Virus record (IMG/VR): IMGVR_UViG_3300027985_001265
Span: 1-64,000 of that record
Origin: a virus
Reading direction: 5' to 3' (one strand)
DNA: 64,000 bases
The stretch's first letter is position 1; each line of letters opens with the position of its first letter. Positions 1 to 8,953 of this stretch are shown piece by piece. Under the pieces are notes generated by a model that searched no databases, was not told where the DNA came from, and saw only the letters and a list, made by a program, of their open reading frames with translations. Both the position numbers and the translations under genes were made by a program.

Positions 1-48
1 AAAAAAAAAAAAAAAAGGGACACTGCCGGCCAAAGCTAATGTCCCTTT
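1..48 (-). terminator. Intrinsic terminator-like hairpin
   Basis: AAGGGACA...TGTCCCTT stem preceded by an A16 run (U-tail on the - strand). Confidence 0.45.
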
Positions 49-75
49 AAACTGAAAAACTTATGAGGTGTCACT

Positions 76-555
76 ATGCTAATGGATATCGAAGAAAATG
101 TAAAGAGTCTTACAATCAATGCAGATGATGACTCTTACTTGGAGACTAAACGTAAACGGATATACAAAGATGATCGTAGTCCTTTCAGTATAATGGGACC
201 AACCAGGAATAAAAAAGCAAGGAGATTTAAAATGGGGCTTAATGACAAACTAATTACTGTATCCCGGGCGGCAGAAATTTTATATGTTACTGAGTTGTCT
301 TTTAAGGTAGACGAAAATACTGGTGTTGTAACCATGAAAGAGTGGGAAAAGCTTGACGCTTCTAAATTAAGATCTGTCTACCGAAAGATCGCTGAATTGA
401 GAGATGCAGAGATACTCGTTGATATCAAACCAATAGAGGGTAAGATTCATAAACCACCAAAATTCACTTATTTGCTCAATCCATACTATACTAAACCAAA
501 AGAGTATGTTCAGGCAAAAAGAGCCTGGGAACTCCTTGGTGGCAAGCCGGTATAA
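76..555 (+). CDS. Putative wHTH DNA-binding protein (RepL-like)
   Basis: 159-aa ORF with GAGG RBS. The 'SVYRKIAELRDAEIL...YLLNPYY' pattern is typical of RepL-like winged helices. Confidence 0.5.
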   Translation: MLMDIEENVKSLTINADDDSYLETKRKRIYKDDRSPFSIMGPTRNKKARRFKMGLNDKLITVSRAAEILYVTELSFKVDENTGVVTMKEWEKLDASKLRSVYRKIAELRDAEILVDIKPIEGKIHKPPKFTYLLNPYYTKPKEYVQAKRAWELLGGKPV

Positions 556-588
556 TTTATTTATTTGGTTTAAATTAAAGGAGGTTTT

Positions 589-744
589 ATGGAAGAACAG
601 CTTTATATAATACACTGGAAAAGTATGATAACCGGGTATACAGGTCAGGGTACTGCAGCATTTACAAAAAGATGTTGTAACCAGATTATAAGAGGACAGC
701 AGGATAAAAATATTGTTTATTGGATAGTACCCACAAAGAGTTAA
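589..744 (+). CDS. Small hypothetical protein (51 aa, MEEQLYIIHW...)
   Basis: Read manually; strong AAGGAGG RBS. Confidence 0.55.
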   Translation: MEEQLYIIHWKSMITGYTGQGTAAFTKRCCNQIIRGQQDKNIVYWIVPTKS

Positions 745-827
745 TAGTTTATTCTTTTGGATTAAATTTCAAAAATATACTACCATAAAATAGTTCATAT
801 TTAATAATTCATTTAAAGGAGGGTTCA

Positions 828-1136
828 ATGAAAAAAAGGTTATCATGCTTGTCTGTCTGTATGTTGTCCTTGGTTCTATTTATTAGTTCAGTATCCGCCA
901 GGTGTGTAGGCCCTATGGTTAATGGTAGGTGCCTGGGTACTGAGGTTTATGGAAGTGACGATTCTCAGGAAAGTTACCGGGGATCCTCCGGAGCTACCTA
1001 TCAGTATGACCTGAGTAAGCCGATAGACCAAAACAGGTATGGTTATGATTATGATGCCCAGCGGAGAGATCAGAGGAATAGCCTGGATCCTGCCAGGATT
1101 CTGGATGGGTATACCGGAGGTGGAATCAGAAAATAG
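828..1136 (+). CDS. Secreted/periplasmic protein with signal peptide (moron-like)
   Basis: AAGGAGG RBS. MKKR plus hydrophobic stretch plus VSA cleavage site; Cys pair in the mature part. Confidence 0.7.
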   Translation: MKKRLSCLSVCMLSLVLFISSVSARCVGPMVNGRCLGTEVYGSDDSQESYRGSSGATYQYDLSKPIDQNRYGYDYDAQRRDQRNSLDPARILDGYTGGGIRK

Positions 1137-1161
1137 ATCTGCTGGGACTTCAGCATATCTT

Positions 1162-1204
1162 GAAAAAAGAAAACCCCCGTGGAGAAGTCTAACTCCCGGG
1201 GGTT
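1162..1204 (-). terminator. Intrinsic terminator between convergent units
   Basis: AACCCCCG(T)GGAG...CTCCCGGGGGTT stem with an A-rich tail on the left. Confidence 0.6.
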
Positions 1205-1357
1205 CAACAAAGGAAGGATATATGACAAAGCTCCTGTTATTTGTATCCCGGCACCTGGGGCTGGCCGGTTGTGATATAATGAAACGACAATACGGTTCTA
1301 TATTATTTCTTTGGATCAAACAAATTTACTGTCAGACTCATATTGAATATTCTTGGT

Positions 1358-1789
1358 TTAATCCCCAGCCCAAATATGTTCTTCCCACATAATGGGAATT
1401 TCTTTTGTTTGAGTTATTCCTTGCTCATCTTGATATTCAACCTGAATTGTTTCATCAATATCAGGATGGTATACTTTGATAGTCTCCAGAGAACCGAAGA
1501 TTTTAACGTAAACGTCAAGCATGGCAATTGCTGTGGCATCTGTAAAAGGGTCAGTAACACCACACTGATCCGCAAGATACTGCTGAATCTTTTCTCCGAA
1601 TCTGACCTTGATGACTACCTTATCCGGATCATCCGGTTGCCCAGGTCTTGGGTATATCTTGATGCAGTCACCAAATAAACTATCAAGCAGGGCCATGTTG
1701 TTGTCTTGCCAGAGATTGAGAGTTACAATATTCCCATAACGCTTGGTGATTTGAGATGGATGGACAACGAAATAGAATATTTTAATCAT
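1358..1789 (-). CDS. Hypothetical protein (fibre-associated?)
   Basis: 143-aa ORF translationally coupled to the upstream 542-aa gene. Confidence 0.7.
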   Translation of the reverse strand: MIKIFYFVVHPSQITKRYGNIVTLNLWQDNNMALLDSLFGDCIKIYPRPGQPDDPDKVVIKVRFGEKIQQYLADQCGVTDPFTDATAIAMLDVYVKIFGSLETIKVYHPDIDETIQVEYQDEQGITQTKEIPIMWEEHIWAGD

Positions 1790-3417
1790 TATTCCCAGTC
1801 TCCAGGTAGCACGTTATCAAAAACAAGTGGTGTTATGTTCTGAGGATAGTCAGTTGATTCACCAAACACAATAGCCGTATCAGGATCAAAGCTTCCATCA
1901 AAATCAGAAACAGTAGAAGCAGTAGAATCAACTATTAATTGCATCTTATCAACACCTGGATATGTGGGGTTATTATCTCCACATGAAATAGTGAATGAAT
2001 AGCTTGTAAATGCTTCCCAATCTAAAGCAACTGATATTGTATTTGTCCCATCCATAAGATCAATGTATCCATTACCAGAACCATCTGTCCTGAACTGCAA
2101 AAGGTTCTGAGTTCCACCATACAAAAGGCAGACTGTCGTTGAAACTGGAAGATCGGAATAGCTAAAGCTTGGGGTCCAGTTAAACTTGAGTTTAAAACTA
2201 GCCGAAGAAACTTTTTTTATGGATATGCTATCAATTACAACTAATCCTGTTTGATTACCTACAGTAAAGAAAATCTTTCCGTTGTCTATGGTGCATAGAA
2301 CTCTGTATATGTAAACGCCAGCGGTTAACGCTCCGAGAGTCTTAGAGTCTGAAAACCCTGACGCAGAAAGAAATATATCTACTCCTGTGTTGGAAACTAC
2401 TCTTAATTTAACTTCATACATTTCTCCAGAAATAAATTCAGATGACGCAGGCTGGTAAGCAGTGCCATAGTTGGAGTTTATTGTAAAAGTAATAACTCCA
2501 TCAGATACAGTAGAATTGGTAGTCGTCCAAGATTCATCATTACTTACTATTATCTCTGTACCATCAGCCTTACCATCCAGCAACTCATACAACTTGTCTC
2601 CAACAACCGTAGGAGCATTTATCGTCCCTGCCCTGGATGCAATGGTTGTATCGCCTGGTCCTGTGAAAGGCCAGATATGGCCTAACTCATTTGCGTAAAG
2701 ACATGCGAATACTATAATATTGGACTCGTTAGATGACTTTGGACCAATCCCAACTTTAAGTGTATTAGATGGATTATTCCACATTATTGAAAATAGGATA
2801 TAAGAAAATCCTGCTGAATGATCACCGTATCCATCCACCGTTGGAACTCCAGCAGATGATCCAGCTATTGTCCAAAGTGTCCCGTCATAATCTATATAAC
2901 TTTCGCGTGCTAAAGTAAGGTCTCTAAAAGTGATTCTTCCTATTCCAGAGCTACCCTTATTATATAGAATACAAAAACTCTGCCCACCTGTTGGATTCCC
3001 GTCCAAAACAGAAGAGTAGAATTGACCTCTATGTAATATGTTACCATTATCGGTAAAAATGGTCTCTGTAAAATCACCTATAATGTTTCCAATACTTACA
3101 TCGCAAGTGTTTTCCCACTGACTCGGATCATAAGGATAAGTACACATCTGATCCCAGGAGCCCATGCTCCAGAATTTTGCAAAAGCGTATAATGGTGATT
3201 CGGCAGGAACGGTAACAATTTCACCATTAGAATTAATGTAATATGCTGGCCCTGTGGAGTAGTCTTCAGTATTACCTATAAGCATTTTCCACAAAAAGGC
3301 TTTAATTGAACCAGCAAGCCCAGGATAAAGATCATCTATCCCAAAAGCAGAAGCAGATATTTTATTTAAAATAGGAATCATAAACAGCCCCTCTACCCGT
3401 TCAAATATTAACGCCAA
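1789..3417 (-). CDS. Putative head/tail spike-fibre protein with beta-sandwich (carbohydrate-binding-like) domains
   Basis: 542 aa, S/T/G/aromatic-rich. 'AYYINSNGEIVTVPAESP' resembles phage spike-fibre N-termini. Confidence 0.55.
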   Translation of the reverse strand: MALIFERVEGLFMIPILNKISASAFGIDDLYPGLAGSIKAFLWKMLIGNTEDYSTGPAYYINSNGEIVTVPAESPLYAFAKFWSMGSWDQMCTYPYDPSQWENTCDVSIGNIIGDFTETIFTDNGNILHRGQFYSSVLDGNPTGGQSFCILYNKGSSGIGRITFRDLTLARESYIDYDGTLWTIAGSSAGVPTVDGYGDHSAGFSYILFSIMWNNPSNTLKVGIGPKSSNESNIIVFACLYANELGHIWPFTGPGDTTIASRAGTINAPTVVGDKLYELLDGKADGTEIIVSNDESWTTTNSTVSDGVITFTINSNYGTAYQPASSEFISGEMYEVKLRVVSNTGVDIFLSASGFSDSKTLGALTAGVYIYRVLCTIDNGKIFFTVGNQTGLVVIDSISIKKVSSASFKLKFNWTPSFSYSDLPVSTTVCLLYGGTQNLLQFRTDGSGNGYIDLMDGTNTISVALDWEAFTSYSFTISCGDNNPTYPGVDKMQLIVDSTASTVSDFDGSFDPDTAIVFGESTDYPQNITPLVFDNVLPGDWE

Positions 3418-3695
3418 ATCTCAACTTCAAGAGTTCCTGTACCGGATAGAGTTTTTGCATAGAAAGGAGTTATTTCCCCTGTGACATTCAACGGAATGGT
3501 GATATCACTATCCGGGCAAAGTTTAGATGTGGAAGCTGTAAGGGAGGTCTGCCGGCGCCACTGTATCGGAGAATCACTGGATTGAGCACCAATCAATAAA
3601 ACGGAGGCTCCTTTGTACTGTGCAGGTATGGTAACGGCAGCAGAGGTGGTGGTGAGGGAAATATTTAAAGTACCTAAGAGACGATTTAATTTCAT
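3408..3695 (-). CDS. Small beta-rich virion accessory-like protein
   Basis: 95-aa ORF overlapping the downstream gene. Confidence 0.6.
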   Translation of the reverse strand: MKLNRLLGTLNISLTTTSAAVTIPAQYKGASVLLIGAQSSDSPIQWRRQTSLTASTSKLCPDSDITIPLNVTGEITPFYAKTLSGTGTLEVEIWR

Positions 3696-3855
3696 GATAA
3701 AAACCTTTCATAGAGTAAGTATGAGAAAATACAAGCCAACTAACAGAGAGAGGTTCTTCTGGCAAACAAGTTATCAATCACAAATTGTTAAACTCTTCTG
3801 GAAAGATTTAAACCAAAGGATTATATTACAGATTATTATTAACTTGGAGGGTATT

Positions 3856-4038
3856 ATGAATAAGAAAGATCGTATTGCTGTGGTGTTTAGTGTTCCTGTT
3901 TTGATTCTGTGTTCTTTGGGTGCAATGACAGACGGCATATTATTTACTCCAGCCTGGTTCGTAATAGCTTATTGGGGCTATAGGTTTATCAAAGGGGATA
4001 TATCTTTTATTGGTTCTAGAATACAGAAGGAGGATTAA
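3856..4038 (+). CDS. Small two-TM membrane protein (MNKKDRIAVV...)
   Basis: GGAGGG RBS before the ATG at 3856; two hydrophobic segments. Confidence 0.6.
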   Translation: MNKKDRIAVVFSVPVLILCSLGAMTDGILFTPAWFVIAYWGYRFIKGDISFIGSRIQKED

Positions 4039-4041
4039 TAA

Positions 4042-4218
4042 TATATTCTAGATAATCTCTCTTATTTTATATTTCCGTAATTATATAAATACCGCACCGC
4101 CCAAAATTGCTGGCGCAATTTATGTTGCGGCGGGTATTTATATAATTACGGGATAAACTCTATAGTATATTCTAGATAAAAGAAGGGTGTATATATAATA
4201 AGCTTATTTATATTCTAG
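4042..4218. repeat. 19-bp perfect inverted repeat with nested hairpin, plus three TATATTCTAG direct repeats
   Basis: CCGTAATTATATAAATACC at 4075-4093 with its reverse complement at 4133-4151. Inner AAATTGC/GCAATTT. TATATTCTAG at 4042, 4166 and 4209. Confidence 0.85.
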
Positions 4219-4612
4219 TTAATCTAGTATAGGATTTGCGAAGCTAATTTATTTTTGTTTAAGCGAAATGTTCAGGAGTGGGCCGGACTATAAACAAAAA
4301 TTTTCCATAAAAAAACTCTCCTGTCAGACTCAAATTGATCTTTCATTAAAATAGCCCTGTATATTCAAAGAGGTAACTTTTCTAAAAAATATTTTCTATC
4401 AACACTCAGCCTATAAAAACCTGATAATTTAACCCCCAACTCTTACAGATTGTATTTCACGAAATAATTTTTCATCTCAGATTCTCACGTTTTAAGTATC
4501 CCACCATTAATTTTTATTCTTATCTAATCTATTTATAGCTGCCAGAAGATTTCCTCTCCCACTATTCTTGGTTTATTCCCTGGTCATTTTACATTGAGTT
4601 TAAATCAAGGAG

Positions 4613-5095
4613 ATGTTCATGCAGAAGTTCATTGGAGTTAAACTTGTTGATGCCAAGCCTATGACCCGAGGTGACTATAACATCTATCGGGGCTGGAACA
4701 TTCCCGCAGATGAAAACCCGACAGATCCTGGATACATGGTTCAGTATCCTGATGGGTACCAATCCTGGCGTCCTAAAGATGAGTTTGAAAAACGGAATCT
4801 TCTTTATCTTGGTTCAGATAACAAAGTTTCCGAAGAAGATGTGAATGCTATGATCCGGGAGATTCACGTTGAAGAAATCACCCCCAATGTTGTCGGCACC
4901 AAGGTTACTGCTGTTACGGTGACCTTGTCCAATGGGTTTACAATTACTGAATCCAGCACCTGTGTTGATCCTAAGAACTATGATGTGGAAGTCGGCATAG
5001 ACTGCTGCATGGAACGCATCAAAGACAAAATCTGGTTCCTCATGGGCTTCTTATTGAGCTGTGGTGCCAATGGTTTTCAGAAAGGAGGTAAATAA
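4613..5095 (+). CDS. Two-domain protein with C-terminal Phage_gp49_66-like (Acb4-like sponge) domain
   Basis: N-terminal 'FIGVKLVDAKPM..GYMVQYPDGYQSWRPKDEFE'; C-terminal 'TLSNGFTITESSTCVDPKNYDVEVG..C.ERIKDKIWFLMGF'. Confidence 0.65.
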   Translation: MFMQKFIGVKLVDAKPMTRGDYNIYRGWNIPADENPTDPGYMVQYPDGYQSWRPKDEFEKRNLLYLGSDNKVSEEDVNAMIREIHVEEITPNVVGTKVTAVTVTLSNGFTITESSTCVDPKNYDVEVGIDCCMERIKDKIWFLMGFLLSCGANGFQKGGK

Positions 5096-5382
5096 TGGGT
5101 GGTGGCTTTGATGATGGCTATTCCACAGGAGATGCCTCTTTCGGTGAAGACTTTGTTGGAGACCCCCTGCCTCTAAAAAGTCCTGTTACCGAAGGTATTA
5201 CTTCACCAATTATGAAGTATTTTGAATTTAAACATCTGCCGGAAAAACTCCAAGAAATCTCTCTACCCTTCTGGAATATTGCTGCGACCATGGAAGCTAA
5301 GTTGCCTCCTAGCCCCGAAAAGAGTGCCGGTCTGCGGAAGCTTCTGGAAGCCAAAGACTGTATGGTGAGGGCTGCCTTGTAA
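5095..5382 (+). CDS. Helical-hairpin protein, possibly Acb2/Tad1-like
   Basis: 'KYFEFKHLPEKLQEIS.PF...LPPSPEKSAGLRKLLEAKDCMVRA', a conserved phage motif. Confidence 0.5.
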   Translation: MGGGFDDGYSTGDASFGEDFVGDPLPLKSPVTEGITSPIMKYFEFKHLPEKLQEISLPFWNIAATMEAKLPPSPEKSAGLRKLLEAKDCMVRAAL

Positions 5383-6050
5383 TGCCAATGACCCCTGAAG
5401 AATTCAAGGCCGTCTTACCTATCCAGTTAAAGAACTCTGTTACCCAGGACGTAATGGACTCTATCAACCAGGTGTTGTCCGGACCTGAATCCACTGAGAT
5501 TTTTAAAGAGAACCTGCTCTCCTATACCCGGGTGCTACTGGAAGGTAAGTTCAAGATGACGAGCTATGTTAGTGCAGTTCGTTATGTCAGTTTTAAGCTT
5601 TTGGGTGGGACCAATAAGGCGGCGTTTACTGCCACCTTTCCGGACAAAATTTCCAGATGGACTGCCCAGGGTGTTTCAGAGAAAGATCAGTCCAGTTACA
5701 TTTCAGCGTACCATAAGAGCAAGTTGGTGAACCTGATCATGGAGCAGACATTAATTCCTCTCCATGTCTTGAATGCACCTACCCGGCAAGAGGCTGTGAA
5801 TATTCTCGCTGATTTGATGCGTAACGCTTCATCTGAGAAGGTTAGAAGTGATTCGGCTGCCCATATACTCAGGGAACTCAAACCACCCGAGAAAACGAAA
5901 ATAGAGCTTGATTTGGGGGCAAAGGCAGATAAGACCCTAGACACTCTCCGGGAAACTACACGGGTACTGGTAGAGCAACAGAAGGCTATGATTGCCCAGG
6001 GTGTTCCTATTAAGACCATTGCTGAAGGGGTTCTCGTTGTCAAAGAGTAA
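5382..6050 (+). CDS. N4 gp69-like protein (candidate terminase small subunit)
   Basis: 222 aa upstream of TerL, with N4 gp69-like sequence ('EGKFKMTSYVSAVRYVSFKL', 'SEKVRSDSA'). Confidence 0.8.
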   Translation: MPMTPEEFKAVLPIQLKNSVTQDVMDSINQVLSGPESTEIFKENLLSYTRVLLEGKFKMTSYVSAVRYVSFKLLGGTNKAAFTATFPDKISRWTAQGVSEKDQSSYISAYHKSKLVNLIMEQTLIPLHVLNAPTRQEAVNILADLMRNASSEKVRSDSAAHILRELKPPEKTKIELDLGAKADKTLDTLRETTRVLVEQQKAMIAQGVPIKTIAEGVLVVKE

Positions 6051-6237
6051 AACCCGAATAACGTACCCCTGTGGGCATGTGGAAGAGAAGGCCACCAAAG
6101 TTGCTATTTACGGCTTATGTCATAATGATGCCAGGCCAATATTGATAGAAGTTTTTGGTAAATGTTCCTTTTATCAATACCGGCGTTTTAAGCAAGCCGT
6201 ACATCCTGTAAAGGGCCTTGTCATTGTTAATGCCTAA
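6037..6237 (+). CDS. Small Cys/His-containing hypothetical protein
   Basis: Fills the gap between gp69 and TerL with overlaps on both sides; start uncertain. Confidence 0.35.
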   Translation: MSKSKTRITYPCGHVEEKATKVAIYGLCHNDARPILIEVFGKCSFYQYRRFKQAVHPVKGLVIVNA

Positions 6238-7840
6238 TGATGATATTCTCAATATTGAGGTCAATCACAAGAAGGTTGAAGATTGGCTCCGGGAAGTCTG
6301 TTATGAGGATGACCCCAATTATATGCCTTCGGACTTCGCCTTGGAGTTTATCAACTTCATCAAGCTGGTGAATGGTGTCGAGGGTGAAGAGAATAAATCC
6401 CCGGTAATTCACCTTCAGATGCTGGATAATATCCAGAAGAATGACAAAGACACAGTAAATATGTGCCACAGAGGATCAGCCAAAACCACAGTTCTTGGCT
6501 CTTATCTCATTCTTTATGTGGCTACTTACGGAGAAATCCCTGGTTTCGGGGAAGTTGGGTACACCCTCTATGTTTCAGATGCTGTGGAAAACGGTGTCAA
6601 GAAAATGAGACTAGACCTGGAATTCAGATGGCAAAATTCAGACTTCCTGCAGGAATGGGTACCTTATGCTAAGTTCACAGACATTCGTTGGGAGTTCAAA
6701 AATAAAGATGGAAAGCGTTCTGTCGTCACAGGTCATGGTGCAAAAACGGGAGTCCGTGGTACCAAAGAACTAGGCAAGCGTCCTGTCCTGGCTATCCTCG
6801 ATGATTTAATTTCTGATGATGACGCCAGATCTCAAACAGTTATCGCCAGTGTAGAAGACACTGTTTATAAAGCCGTTGACTATGCCTTGCACCCCCAGCG
6901 TAGGAAAATTATTTGGTCGGGCACTCCTTTCAATGCAAAAGACCCATTATACAAAGCTGTGGAATCGGGGGCATGGCATGTCAATGTTTATCCTATCTGT
7001 GAGCATTGGCCGTGTAAAAGAGAGGATTTTAAAGGCTCCTGGGAAGACAGATTCAACTACGATTATGTCCTCAAGCAATATACGAAAGCCAAGAGAGCTG
7101 GGAAGATTTCCGCATTCAATCAGGAATTGCTGTTACGAATTATGTCTGATGAAGATCGTCTTATCACTGATGATGAGATCAACTGGTATTCCCGAGACTT
7201 GCTTCTACAGCGTAGAGGCTCGTTCAATTATTATATCACCACTGACTTTGCAACCAGTGACAAGCAGTCTGCGGATTTCTCAGTAGTTTCCACATGGGCA
7301 TATAATTCTAAAGGACACTGGTTCTGGGTGGACGGTGTTTGTGAAAAACAGACTATGGATAAGAATATTGATGATCTATTTCGTCTGTCTCAAAAGTGGA
7401 AACCTCAGGAAGTAGGTATAGAAGTCTCCGGGCAACAAGGAGGATTTATTCCTTGGATTCAAGATCAGATGATGACAAGACAAGTATACTTTAATATAGC
7501 TAAAGATAAAGATTCCAGCAAACTTGGTATTCGGCCCAATACCAACAAGATGCAAAGATTCAACATTGTTGTTCCTTGGTTTAAAACTCACCAAGTATTT
7601 TTTCCCCGGGAAATGGAAGAACATCCTGTAATCAAAGAATTCATAAGTGAGTTAGAGTTGGTATCTCCCGCTGGCATGAAATCGAAGCATGATGATTGTC
7701 TGGATACTATTTCAATGTTGGCCAGTTTAACTCCCTGGAAGCCAAGTGATGATGTACCAATGTCAAAGAATTCAGACACTGAAATCTGGGAAATGGAAAC
7801 CTTTGAACAGGCTTCCAAAATATCGTCCTATATAGTTTGA
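6230..7840 (+). CDS. terL: Terminase large subunit (N4 gp68-like)
   Basis: Walker A 'HRGSAKTT', Walker B 'AILDDL', nuclease motifs 'TTDFA' and 'HDDCLD'. Confidence 0.95.
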   Translation: MPNDDILNIEVNHKKVEDWLREVCYEDDPNYMPSDFALEFINFIKLVNGVEGEENKSPVIHLQMLDNIQKNDKDTVNMCHRGSAKTTVLGSYLILYVATYGEIPGFGEVGYTLYVSDAVENGVKKMRLDLEFRWQNSDFLQEWVPYAKFTDIRWEFKNKDGKRSVVTGHGAKTGVRGTKELGKRPVLAILDDLISDDDARSQTVIASVEDTVYKAVDYALHPQRRKIIWSGTPFNAKDPLYKAVESGAWHVNVYPICEHWPCKREDFKGSWEDRFNYDYVLKQYTKAKRAGKISAFNQELLLRIMSDEDRLITDDEINWYSRDLLLQRRGSFNYYITTDFATSDKQSADFSVVSTWAYNSKGHWFWVDGVCEKQTMDKNIDDLFRLSQKWKPQEVGIEVSGQQGGFIPWIQDQMMTRQVYFNIAKDKDSSKLGIRPNTNKMQRFNIVVPWFKTHQVFFPREMEEHPVIKEFISELELVSPAGMKSKHDDCLDTISMLASLTPWKPSDDVPMSKNSDTEIWEMETFEQASKISSYIV

Positions 7841-7850
7841 GAGGTAAATT

Positions 7851-8576
7851 ATGACTTTGCAAGACCTGTTCGATACTTTAGCCACAGGGGAGTTTACTAG
7901 TTTAAACCTGGCTAATTCAGTCACCGGTTCCATTAAAGAAGAAGCCTACCCCAAAGTAGTCAATTCCATTAATCGAGGGCTCAGAGAATTATACAAAAAA
8001 TTTCTTTTAAAAAAGAAGAAAGTCTACCTGGTCCAGCAGACAGACGTGACCCGGTATTACCTACAGACCAGGTATCTTGGGTATGCCGGGGCAACCACAG
8101 CTGATGCCTATTTGGTGGATCATCCTGATGAGGAGTTTTCCAATGACGTGATCCGACTCTTAGAGATTGAAGACTCTGATGGTTTAGCGGTAGAGATTAA
8201 TCCTCCTCACCCTTACCTGGAGCAGACATACTTTAAGACCTCTGGCTTTGACACCTTGGATTTGGTTACTGAAGAAACCGGAGAAACCTTCCTTGTTACT
8301 TATCAGGCCAGGTATCCTAAAATAACAATCACAGAAGATTTTGATCCAGAAGAAATTAACCTGTATTTTCCTTCATTTATTGAAGAAGCTTTGTGTAATT
8401 ATGCTGCTTCTCTCCTGGTTAAGGGTAAAGCCACCAAAGCTTCAGAAGGTGAAGGGTATGCCACCAATACCTGGAACTATAAGTATGAACAGGCCTGCCA
8501 GGAAATTATCAGACTGGGTCTGGTTGAAGAAGCCATTGTCCAGGATAACCGATTTAACAGAAGAGGTTTCGTATGA
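7851..8576 (+). CDS. N4 gp67-like head-tail adaptor/virion protein
   Basis: Position after TerL; C-terminal 'YEQAC...RFNRRGFV' typical of gp67. Confidence 0.8.
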   Translation: MTLQDLFDTLATGEFTSLNLANSVTGSIKEEAYPKVVNSINRGLRELYKKFLLKKKKVYLVQQTDVTRYYLQTRYLGYAGATTADAYLVDHPDEEFSNDVIRLLEIEDSDGLAVEINPPHPYLEQTYFKTSGFDTLDLVTEETGETFLVTYQARYPKITITEDFDPEEINLYFPSFIEEALCNYAASLLVKGKATKASEGEGYATNTWNYKYEQACQEIIRLGLVEEAIVQDNRFNRRGFV

Positions 8577-8953
8577 TCCCCGGGAAATACAATATTACGA
8601 TATGGCGTGGTGGTACCTGGTCCATTGGGATCAACGCAGACTATATAGACTTCACTGCCTATGATGAGATCCGATTACAGGTAAGACCTCCTTGGGTAAA
8701 GGGAACCCCTACCAAACCACCTCTCTTGTCTATGACTTTGGTGAATGGTCGGGTTACTCTGGAAGACGAAGGTTTGACTGTACGGCTTACTGTTTCGGCT
8801 GCAGACACAGCAGGCATAACCTTTGATGAAGGTATCTATGATCTGGAACTTGTTCAGCATGCAGATCCAGAAGGTGATCCTGCAATTCCTGAAGAAATAG
8901 TAGATAAACTGATTTACGGTAAAGTTACTGTTCAAGGGGAAATAACGGTATGA
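8573..8953 (+). CDS. Tail-fibre attachment beta-sandwich protein (LtfC/BppU-like)
   Basis: 'PGKYNITIWRGGT...GIYDLEL...KLIYGKVTV' pattern. Confidence 0.6.
   Translation: MIPGKYNITIWRGGTWSIGINADYIDFTAYDEIRLQVRPPWVKGTPTKPPLLSMTLVNGRVTLEDEGLTVRLTVSAADTAGITFDEGIYDLELVQHADPEGDPAIPEEIVDKLIYGKVTVQGEITV

Noticed and set aside
1-16. A16 run as a genome terminus
   Set aside because: It lies at the window edge next to a terminator-like hairpin; homopolymer length is unreliable and nothing else supports a terminus
4075-4151. Palindrome as a protelomerase (telRL) site
   Set aside because: The centre is not a perfect palindrome and no protelomerase is in the window
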